A DNA stretch of 42,465 nucleotides from an uncultured Methanosarcinales archaeon (GTDB taxonomy: Archaea; Nanobdellota; Nanobdellia; Woesearchaeales; CAZPJY01), in NCBI GenBank assembly GCA_964587045.1, contig CAZPJY010000016.1, positions 1 through 42,465 of the forward strand. Reading direction: 5' to 3'. The stretch's first letter is position 1; each line of letters opens with the position of its first letter. This document shows positions 34,458-42,465 of this stretch, piece by piece. The position numbers and the translations under genes are program-made. A model generated the notes under the pieces. The model saw nothing but the letters and a program-made list of their open reading frames with translations. It had not been told where the DNA came from and searched no databases.

Positions 34458-34982
34458 ATGTCTGTAGGTTTTCCTATAGTGGGGGATAAAAGTAGTACTT
34501 TTCATAATCAGATATCCCCTGAAGACCTCGAGCTTCTCAAATCACGAATCAAATCCCTAGAAGAAAAGGGCCTGTCTACCGACGAGATTCTCACATTATT
34601 CCTTTCCCCTGATACCACGTCGTTCCCCCCCACCATATTCTCAAGGAAGTTATCGCCCCTCGAAGCGGTCACCAAGTACCTGCACGAAGCCATTGACATG
34701 GACTTCAAGGCCATATCCTTCCAGATATCACGATCCCCACAGGCTCTCAAAAGGGCCTACAACAACGCATTGGACAAGCAACCCACACCGTTCAAACCAG
34801 AGCAGCACCGCCACATGGTGCCTATTTCTGCGCTGAAAGCCAACCTTTCAATACTCGAGGCAGTGGTTGCATATCTCATAGATAAGCACAGCCTGCGCTA
34901 CGCAGACGTGGCCCAACTTCTCAAGCGCGACGCGCGCACGGTATGGACAGTGTACCAGAGATCACAGGAGAAACTTAGATGA
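34458..34982 (+). CDS. Duplicated-HTH protein, putative regulator
   Basis: Two copies of P.......LS.LEAV..YL.......(F/Y)..(I/V)....R......Y; ATGA overlap with the giant downstream gene. Confidence 0.8.
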   Translation: MSVGFPIVGDKSSTFHNQISPEDLELLKSRIKSLEEKGLSTDEILTLFLSPDTTSFPPTIFSRKLSPLEAVTKYLHEAIDMDFKAISFQISRSPQALKRAYNNALDKQPTPFKPEQHRHMVPISALKANLSILEAVVAYLIDKHSLRYADVAQLLKRDARTVWTVYQRSQEKLR

Positions 34983-37900
34983 ACAGACGTACAGAGACAG
35001 AACTGAAGAGACTGCAGTCCTACGCGAAGCTCGCTGTGGAGTACAGGAGGCTTGTCCGTACCTGGCTCATGACCGAGCGCGCCAAGTCTTCTCCTGACCC
35101 ACTGCGCATCAGGAAGCTCGAGGGGCAGATAGACCACTACAACCAGCTCCTCCATGCGTATAACCAGAAGCAGGAGCTGCTAAGGTACCAGCTTGACGAC
35201 ACAGGCCACCCCTTCTACCGAACCGTAACTATTGCAGCCCTCATCATCACGCTGATGATGCTCGGTGTCCTGTACCAGCCAGGCTTCACTGGACTGCTCA
35301 TCGGCGAACGCGGACCAGTGGAGACATTGGATATAGGAAAGGCATTCAACGATTCCGCATCTATCGTCCTGAACCTGTCGCAGGAGCCGATATCCCTACG
35401 GCTCACCGGCGCCCTGATAGGGGACGGATACGCCGTGATAAGCATAGAAAATGGTAACGCATCCTTCGTAGTGGCCGACACTCGCGACATGAGGAGAAGC
35501 GGCGCCATGACAAGGATAACAGGGCTCGTGATAGGAGAGCGGCAGAATGTCACTTACAGGGAGAACGTGTCGTCGGATGAAATCAGGCTCTTAACCCCTG
35601 AGGACGTGTTAAGCCAACAAAACATTTCCCCAGGGATTTCTTCCGCCAAAGCGGCTGGGGGTCCGCTCGGACCCCCAGTTCTTCCAACTGAAGGGGATGT
35701 GCAAAACACTTCCCCATCAATCCCACTTGGCGGCCTTGCAGACGTGTTAAGCCAACAGAACACCAGCGAGGCCGCCAATTCTTCTCTTGTCGGGGACGCA
35801 GACGTGTTAAGCCAACAAAACACTACTTCTGCGTCCCCACTTACTGAAAACGCTTCTACTGGCGGCCTTGCAGACGTGTTAAGCCAACAGAACACCAGCG
35901 AGGCCGTCAATTCTTCTCTTGTCGGGGACGCAGACGTGTTAAGCCAACAGAACACCACTTCTGTGTCCCCCATTTCTTCCCGGATCAACGTCTCAAATGC
36001 CTCCAATGCCAACATCACGTTCTTGGAAGACCTCAGCGGCGTGTTAAGCCAACAAAACACATCCCCCGCTGAGGCTCCTTCCAACCTTTCCCAAGAGATC
36101 ACGAACGTGACACAGGCGGCCAACGAGACAATTCCTGACAACTTCACAATGCCCAAAGAGAACCTGACGACAGTACAAAACATCACCGAGCCGTCGGAGA
36201 ACGCGACAGTTGAGCTCAAGGAGAACGTTACCTTGGAAACCAATGAGACCTTCCCCCAGGAGAATGTGACTCCCGAGAATATTACGCAACCACAAGTTAA
36301 TGTGACTGAAGAGGAGGTCATATATCTGCCCAGCGTTCTTGAGTTCGAGGACTACTGCGGCGAGAGCTGCACCATCCAAGGAGTCGGCAGGAACCCCACC
36401 TTGCGCATCGAGGTCTTCAACGCGACCCTCGTGCTGGAAGGTGCGAGATACTCCTTCCGTCCGTCCAAACTGAGGTTCCAGGACCTCGCCGTCACCACCC
36501 GTGTTGCCGAACCCTCGCGCGAGCACGCCATGTGGTCAGAGACGGGAAAGACCACGGTCAATCCTACCACAGGTGTGCACGTCTACACCACCTCCCTCGG
36601 CCAGCGGAACGTTGACCTGGGTAATGGCAGCTTCGCGCCCTATGTCTGGGATGCGGACGCCTTGACGGCGAGGTTCGCCGACAGCGAGGTGCGCTTCGTG
36701 AACGACAGCCTCGAGCTCTGGCAGGGGGGTGAGCGCATCTCAACCATCCGCTTCGCGCTCGAGAGGCGAACGCTGGGTATCTGGCAGCGTGTTCCTACCA
36801 CCATCACGAACCCCTTTGTGGAACTCAGTGAGACCCGGGGCGCATTCTCCTATGACCTAGCAGCTGAAGATGCGAATCTCACGGTCACGGCGAACTTCGG
36901 CGCCTCCACCGTTATCGATTTCTCGTACGAGATAACAGCGGGTAGCGACGGCAACTACCGCATCGTCTGGGAGACCGACCTCGATGAGGAGCCGGAGCCC
37001 ATCCTCCAACAAATCCAAGGAGAGGAAGTGACCACGGGGCTCCGTTTCAACAGGAGCTTCATCGGCTGGCGGCCCGAAGAGGCCGCGGAGCGGTCGCATT
37101 CAAGGAGGGATGGCAAGGTCGAGCTGGATATGGGCCGCTTCAACCTCCAGAAGGGAGAGAACGCGAGGATAGCTCCGGACACGTGGGGCCCGACCAGCAT
37201 CGCCTCGACCGCCAACGACGGGAATATCCACCCTACGACCGGCGCATGGACCACGACCTTCGATCACCATTACCTCGGTGAGGATGTGTTCTTGCTCGAT
37301 GTTGTCGCATGGCGCTTCCAGAACGTCGACCTCACCGACGCCACGACTGTCCTCAGCGCGAATCTCACGCTCGTCGACTGCAATGATCATTTTGTCGCAG
37401 GCAATCAAGAAGCCAATTTCTATGGGGAAGACAGCCAGACGCCGTCTGACTACGCAGCCGGCTCACCAGGCGCGCGGCCGAAGACCACAGCTTATACACA
37501 CGTGATCGGCCAGGACCGCAGCGGTGCGAGCTACGACATCAACATGACCGACGTCATCCAAGAGCTCGTGGACTCTTATACCTACACCGGAACGCAGGCC
37601 ATCTCCATCATCGCCAACCTGACCGCCTACGGAAGCGGGGACTATTGGTGCTCCTCGACCGACTATTCTGACTCGCCGAGCGATGCGGGGAAGCTCACTG
37701 TCACCTACCTTTCCAACCCGGGATGGCTCAACGCGTCGCTCGTCAGCCACACCAGCGCCTCTGACGTGCACCGGAATGACATGTTCGCCTTCACGACACA
37801 GGTGAAGTGCATCGGCGGCCCGTGCGGTGACGTGCGGGCGATCCTGGACCCCTCGGTTGCGCTGAGCGCGACCGCAGGGAACGCAATCGTGAACGTGACG

Positions 37901-40900
37901 ATGGACGGCATCGCGGACGTAAAGTTCACCTTCGACGAGAGCATCGGCGGCCAGACGAACGCCTTCTACATCCCGTCGACCAGCAGCACCAACCGCCTCG
38001 GGGTGAGCAGGGGCCTCCACCCCGTGGGCGTGATTAATCCTGGATGCTCAGGCAACTGGTGCCTCATGCAGGAAGGCTCCGGAGGCACGACCACGATACT
38101 CGAGGACAGCAGCACCAGGGTCGTGCTGCGGCTTGTGTCCGACCTCGAGAACGGGGCAGGCGACACGATACAGCTGCTCTACATCTACCCCGACAGGGTG
38201 ATAAGCGTCGAGAACCTAACCTCAAATGCGGTCAACACCGGAAGGCTCGAGGGGGGATGGGGCATGGCCACAGGGAATCTCGCCGACAACGTGTACATCT
38301 TCGACGACGACACAGCGCCCGCCGGCCAGACGTTGGGCCCGACCTTCATGTACCTCCTGCCTGCAGGGGTGGATTATGATTTCGGAGCGAGCCTGCAGAG
38401 CGTCATCGCCGGCTACACGGATCTGGATTTCGCCATGTGGACTGAGAACGCACCATCAGAAATAGTGACTGACGGCCAGTACGGCGAGGTAGACGACGCG
38501 AATGACAAGGGCTTAATCCTGCCAGGGACCGCGTCCTCGGCGTTCACCAGCGGGGAGAACGACGCTGACGCGATCGCGACGCTCAGAATCACGGACGACG
38601 ACACCTCGGACGGGAGCGAAGCGCGGGCGTACGCCCGCGACTACTGGAATCCCGACACCCTGAGCTTCACCACGGGAAGCGCGTTCACTTCCGAATTGGG
38701 GGATCTCGACAGCGACGGCTTCAGCGAGTACGAGTCTGCCTATGTCATGAACGCGTCAGGGAACGTCGTCGACTTCAACATCTCAGGCGCGACCTACGGT
38801 AGGTATTGGCCCGCATTCAAGATCCACAGCTTCAACTCCTCTCAGGTCTACGTCCTCCTGCACAACACGACCGGGTCCTACCAGCTCGTCAAAGGGACGC
38901 AGTGGAACGCCGACTTCCAGAACGAGAGCGCTGCCTCAGAGACCCTCATCGCCCAGGTATGCCTTGATCTCCTCTCCGAGACCGAGCTCGAGGTTGGTGA
39001 CCTCAAAGGCGTGGTCCCCATGAATGCTGGGACCCCGTTCTACACCACGACGCAGAACCCTGCGAACGGAAGCGACTTCGCATGCCTGGCTGACATGCGG
39101 GATGGGAACGTATGCAACACCACGTGGCTCGTGAACGCAACCGGCCTTCTCAACTCGACCTGGGAGTTCTTCACCGTATACGAGTCCAACTCAGAGAACG
39201 TCACCGCGAACGAGACCGCGCATGTGAATCTCACTATAAGAGCAAGCCCAACGTGCACTGATTGCGCATCGTGCAACTCGATGATCCAGAGCGGAAGCTA
39301 CGATGAGATCCTGCTGGAGAACGATATCAGCAACAACGCAGGGACCTGCATTCAGTTCAACGGCGCGGATAATCTCGTTTTCGACTGCCAGGGCTTCACT
39401 ATAGACGGAACAGACACGCTTACCGGCATCAACATAAACAGCTCGAACGGCGGTTCGCAGAATGTCACCGTGCAGAACTGCATCCTCAACGACTTCGAGA
39501 TTGGGATTGACATCGACGGGTCATCATACAATACCTTCACGAACATAACCACCACGAGCCTGGGAGACATCGGAGTCAGGGTCGACTCTTCCCATAACAC
39601 CTTTAGGGACTTAAACTTGACCGCAGGCAATTACGGCTTCCAAAACGCATATTGTGAAAATCAGACAATCGAGAATTTTTTCATCGCCGGAGGCCTCACA
39701 GGTCTGGAGCTCTTGGGAGCATCCAATTCAAGAGCTACCAACGGCAGCATCGACACTTATGGTAGCGCTGGAATTTACATCGAAGATGACTCCGATAACA
39801 ACCTCTTTGAAAACATATCTATACATGGGGGAGGCCTTGCAATCCAGCTCCACACCACCTCCAACGGAAACAACTTCACCGGAATCAACACGACAGGGAC
39901 CGCGACAGCGCTTTACTTCTCAGCCGCGACATCTACGGGCAACCTCTTCTACGACAACTACTTCAACAGCACGACGCCGTTCGATTTCAGCACGGTAGGA
40001 ACCAACTACTTCAACACGACATTAAACTGCTCGAGGACAAACATTATCGGGGGCCCCTGCACCGGAGGCAACTTCTGGACCAACGGTTCTACTGCTGGAT
40101 ATTCGCTGACTTGTAATGATAATTTCGCACCATTCGGCATCTGCGATGACGACTACAACCTAACAACTGGCAACATCGACTGGCTTCCCCTCACTGAGTA
40201 TACTCCATCATTAGGTCCCCAGATCCAATCGGTAAACATAACTCCGACAACCGCCTACACCAACACCTCCCTCACTTGCACGGCGAACGTGACAGATCCT
40301 GACAACGCGACGCTTATGCTCAACCTGACATGGTACAGGAACGACGCCGTGGTGCAGGAATACTACAATTCGTCCTACCCTGAAGGGTCTTCTCTGACGA
40401 GCACCCTCAGATGGAACGCGACGTCTCACGATGACGAGATCATCTGCGGCGTCATCGCATATGACGGCATTGATACCGCAGGATGGCAGAACTCATCCAC
40501 CATCACGATCCAGAACCACACGACCACCCTGGACGCCCAGAACAGCACTGATTCGCCAGTAACCGATGAAGAGGTATGGTTCTACGCCAACTACAGTTCA
40601 GTATTCGGAGATCTCGGAAGGTTGCTATGGAAGACGGACAACCTTGGAGCCGATGCGTACGCCGTCGGATGGTTCGACTGCAACACGACCGGGAGAAAAA
40701 GCTGCCTCGCCGTCGGGACGCAGTACGCCTCGGACTACGACCTGCGTACCTTCTGGCCGGACGGCACCAACAACTGGAACACTACCACACATGGCTCCAG
40801 CTCGGAGATAGCCGTTGGCGATCTGAACGGCGATGGATATGATAACGAATTCGTCAACGGCATTGGAGTAACGGGGATGAGGTGGTGGAATTATTCTGGA

Positions 40901-42465
40901 ACACTTATAGACTACTACGACCCCAACAATGACCTGTTCAGAGCTATGGTCCTCTGCGACATCGATGGGGACAACCTTCCGGAGATGGTGGGCACCCAAA
41001 CGGGCTACCAGGTGCAGGCAGTCTCTTACAACGGTTCCCTCGCCTGGGTTTCCATGCTGTCCAACAACGGTGCAGAGATCCACTGTGCGGATGTCGATGG
41101 AGACAATATCAACGATGTGGTCATCCCAATATATAGGGATAACGTCACTGTGCTCTTCGGGCAGAATGGAAGCGTGATGTGGCAATCTCCCGATTACTAC
41201 ACAGGAGCTGCCGCTGTGATAGATCTCGATTGCGACGGCAAGAGGGATGAGGTGCTTATGAGCGACGACACGGGAACCGAAACAGTCATCGCCTACAACT
41301 CATCTTCAACGATTGAGGAGCTCTGGGCGGTTCCCATGGACTCTTCAGGCGCTGGACTGGATTTCGCGGTCGGCGATATCGACGGGGACGGGTGCGATGA
41401 CGATTTCGCTGTCGTCAACTGGGGAGGCTACCAGATAAGCGCTTTCTCAGCCAGCATTTCCGGAGCTGTGAGCCTCTGGAACTACACCACCACATATCCT
41501 CTGAACTATATCCAAATAGATGACGTCAACGATGACGGATACCCTGATTTCATCTCAGCAGGCTCCGGAAACGAGACCTTCATTGTCGACAGCTCAGGAA
41601 AAGAGCTCTTCACCTACAAAATATTTGATGAAGTGGGAGATTATTATAGTTATGGTGTCGGTAGGGCAATTGCTACAGGCGAGCCTTTCAATGACGGAAC
41701 CAAAGCGATTGCTGTCGCAAGCTATGACAACATCACCTACGTTTTGAGAGAGGTCTCATGCTCAATTGACTTCAGCGACGGCTCATCCTACAACATGACA
41801 TGGAATGAGACTTCAGGCCTTTGGGAGGCGAACAGGACTTTCTCAAGCACAGGCACATATTCCTACAACATATCATGCGAAAAAGGAGGTTACCAGTCCC
41901 AGACTTTAAATTCCGCCATCCAGCTCGGATCATTGCCTGCCATCCAAAGCGTAAATATAACCCCTACAGTGGCATATACAAACTCTTCCCTTTCTTGCGA
42001 GCTCAACGTAACTCATTCCGACGGCCTTGACACCAACGCTACCATCGTCTTCCAGGAGTACAACGGCTCCGGCTGGAACACAAAATTCACAGTAACTGAC
42101 TATGTTGTCACCCTGAACGCGCTCAATATCTCAACACTGGCCTGGAACTGGACCCATCATAATGACCTATGGCGCTGCGGAGTAAACGCCACAGACAACA
42201 ATTCAATAAGCAGCGGCTTTAGCTACTCATCAAACCTCACAATCCAGAACTACACCACAAGCCTGGAACTGCTGAACGGGACCGATACGCCCAGCGTCAA
42301 TATCTCAGCAAGGTATTATGCCAACTACAGCACACCTGGATTAGGCGAACTTGGCCAGTTGGTATGGATGACGGGCGATCTCGGCGATGATGCTTACACC
42401 GTGACATTCTTCGACTGCTATGAAACCGGCGAGCGGCAATGCCTTGCTGCCGGCACGTATTATCA
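34979..42465 (+). CDS. Giant membrane-anchored surface glycoprotein (>2490 aa, 3'-partial): N-terminal TM, sequon-rich linker, beta-helix (NosD/pectin-lyase-like), Ig-like domains, FG-GAP/VCBS-like propellers
   Basis: ATG 34979 (MNRRTETE...); frame read by hand at the start, middle and end without stops; absent from the ORF track because it is unterminated; TM at about aa 82-100 then PGFTG; FDCQGFTIDG/GGNFW beta-helix ~39250-40200; GDLNGDG, DIDGD, DVDGD, DVNDDG ~40800-41550; module repeats from ~41935. Confidence 0.9.
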   Translation, partial: MNRRTETELKRLQSYAKLAVEYRRLVRTWLMTERAKSSPDPLRIRKLEGQIDHYNQLLHAYNQKQELLRYQLDDTGHPFYRTVTIAALIITLMMLGVLYQPGFTGLLIGERGPVETLDIGKAFNDSASIVLNLSQEPISLRLTGALIGDGYAVISIENGNASFVVADTRDMRRSGAMTRITGLVIGERQNVTYRENVSSDEIRLLTPEDVLSQQNISPGISSAKAAGGPLGPPVLPTEGDVQNTSPSIPLGGLADVLSQQNTSEAANSSLVGDADVLSQQNTTSASPLTENASTGGLADVLSQQNTSEAVNSSLVGDADVLSQQNTTSVSPISSRINVSNASNANITFLEDLSGVLSQQNTSPAEAPSNLSQEITNVTQAANETIPDNFTMPKENLTTVQNITEPSENATVELKENVTLETNETFPQENVTPENITQPQVNVTEEEVIYLPSVLEFEDYCGESCTIQGVGRNPTLRIEVFNATLVLEGARYSFRPSKLRFQDLAVTTRVAEPSREHAMWSETGKTTVNPTTGVHVYTTSLGQRNVDLGNGSFAPYVWDADALTARFADSEVRFVNDSLELWQGGERISTIRFALERRTLGIWQRVPTTITNPFVELSETRGAFSYDLAAEDANLTVTANFGASTVIDFSYEITAGSDGNYRIVWETDLDEEPEPILQQIQGEEVTTGLRFNRSFIGWRPEEAAERSHSRRDGKVELDMGRFNLQKGENARIAPDTWGPTSIASTANDGNIHPTTGAWTTTFDHHYLGEDVFLLDVVAWRFQNVDLTDATTVLSANLTLVDCNDHFVAGNQEANFYGEDSQTPSDYAAGSPGARPKTTAYTHVIGQDRSGASYDINMTDVIQELVDSYTYTGTQAISIIANLTAYGSGDYWCSSTDYSDSPSDAGKLTVTYLSNPGWLNASLVSHTSASDVHRNDMFAFTTQVKCIGGPCGDVRAILDPSVALSATAGNAIVNVTMDGIADVKFTFDESIGGQTNAFYIPSTSSTNRLGVSRGLHPVGVINPGCSGNWCLMQEGSGGTTTILEDSSTRVVLRLVSDLENGAGDTIQLLYIYPDRVISVENLTSNAVNTGRLEGGWGMATGNLADNVYIFDDDTAPAGQTLGPTFMYLLPAGVDYDFGASLQSVIAGYTDLDFAMWTENAPSEIVTDGQYGEVDDANDKGLILPGTASSAFTSGENDADAIATLRITDDDTSDGSEARAYARDYWNPDTLSFTTGSAFTSELGDLDSDGFSEYESAYVMNASGNVVDFNISGATYGRYWPAFKIHSFNSSQVYVLLHNTTGSYQLVKGTQWNADFQNESAASETLIAQVCLDLLSETELEVGDLKGVVPMNAGTPFYTTTQNPANGSDFACLADMRDGNVCNTTWLVNATGLLNSTWEFFTVYESNSENVTANETAHVNLTIRASPTCTDCASCNSMIQSGSYDEILLENDISNNAGTCIQFNGADNLVFDCQGFTIDGTDTLTGININSSNGGSQNVTVQNCILNDFEIGIDIDGSSYNTFTNITTTSLGDIGVRVDSSHNTFRDLNLTAGNYGFQNAYCENQTIENFFIAGGLTGLELLGASNSRATNGSIDTYGSAGIYIEDDSDNNLFENISIHGGGLAIQLHTTSNGNNFTGINTTGTATALYFSAATSTGNLFYDNYFNSTTPFDFSTVGTNYFNTTLNCSRTNIIGGPCTGGNFWTNGSTAGYSLTCNDNFAPFGICDDDYNLTTGNIDWLPLTEYTPSLGPQIQSVNITPTTAYTNTSLTCTANVTDPDNATLMLNLTWYRNDAVVQEYYNSSYPEGSSLTSTLRWNATSHDDEIICGVIAYDGIDTAGWQNSSTITIQNHTTTLDAQNSTDSPVTDEEVWFYANYSSVFGDLGRLLWKTDNLGADAYAVGWFDCNTTGRKSCLAVGTQYASDYDLRTFWPDGTNNWNTTTHGSSSEIAVGDLNGDGYDNEFVNGIGVTGMRWWNYSGTLIDYYDPNNDLFRAMVLCDIDGDNLPEMVGTQTGYQVQAVSYNGSLAWVSMLSNNGAEIHCADVDGDNINDVVIPIYRDNVTVLFGQNGSVMWQSPDYYTGAAAVIDLDCDGKRDEVLMSDDTGTETVIAYNSSSTIEELWAVPMDSSGAGLDFAVGDIDGDGCDDDFAVVNWGGYQISAFSASISGAVSLWNYTTTYPLNYIQIDDVNDDGYPDFISAGSGNETFIVDSSGKELFTYKIFDEVGDYYSYGVGRAIATGEPFNDGTKAIAVASYDNITYVLREVSCSIDFSDGSSYNMTWNETSGLWEANRTFSSTGTYSYNISCEKGGYQSQTLNSAIQLGSLPAIQSVNITPTVAYTNSSLSCELNVTHSDGLDTNATIVFQEYNGSGWNTKFTVTDYVVTLNALNISTLAWNWTHHNDLWRCGVNATDNNSISSGFSYSSNLTIQNYTTSLELLNGTDTPSVNISARYYANYSTPGLGELGQLVWMTGDLGDDAYTVTFFDCYETGERQCLAAGTYY
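35603..36060 (+). repeat. Six in-frame ~22-nt direct repeats G(A/G)CGTGTTAAGCCAACA(A/G)AACA encoding DVLSQQN(T/I)
   Basis: Starts at 35603, 35741, 35801, 35873, 35933, 36038; periods 138/60/72/60/105; degenerate copy at 35696. Confidence 0.9.

Noticed and set aside
35603..36060. Functional CRISPR array
   Set aside because: Spacer lengths are very uneven, one spacer is duplicated, all periods keep the reading frame of a long CDS, and no cas genes or leader were seen
34979..42465. Diversity-generating retroelement targeting the surface proteins
   Set aside because: No reverse transcriptase and no template/variable repeat pair differing at adenines was seen

Overview
Gene-dense chromosomal segment of a small-genome archaeon, most consistent with DPANN/Woesearchaeota. 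This is inferred from the archaeal-type RNase P RNA, Sec61beta, NAC, AK6/Fap7, TATA boxes about 25-30 nt upstream of start codons, tandem Lrp and Cys-rich DxDGG-repeat surface proteins. Two large N-glycosylation-rich surface protein genes flank the window, each translationally coupled to a small putative regulator. The right-hand gene (>2490 aa) runs off the window and is missing from the ORF track. Between them lie glmS, twin 4xCBS proteins, a membrane-ArsR/ABC/Cys-rich adhesin/pilin-like operon, rnpB, a lower-GC islet with a stand-alone IucA/IucC-like ligase, a secG-nac-minD cluster, bacterial-type queH and queA, two alpha-glucan phosphorylases flanking a bacterial-type lgt, a glucosylglycerate-synthase-like enzyme, a TylF methyltransferase, tRNA-Gly(CCC), and PHP, PRC-barrel and TraB genes. 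The most interesting unexplained signals are a ~109-nt promoter-flanked rod-shaped RNA in front of queH, an RNase P RNA that keeps P8 but lacks P16/P17, the orphan NIS-like islet, nested domain insertions in the surface proteins, and a CRISPR-looking in-frame repeat tract encoding glycosylation sequons. No transposase, integrase, cas gene or reverse transcriptase was recognised. All assignments were made by eye, without database searches.
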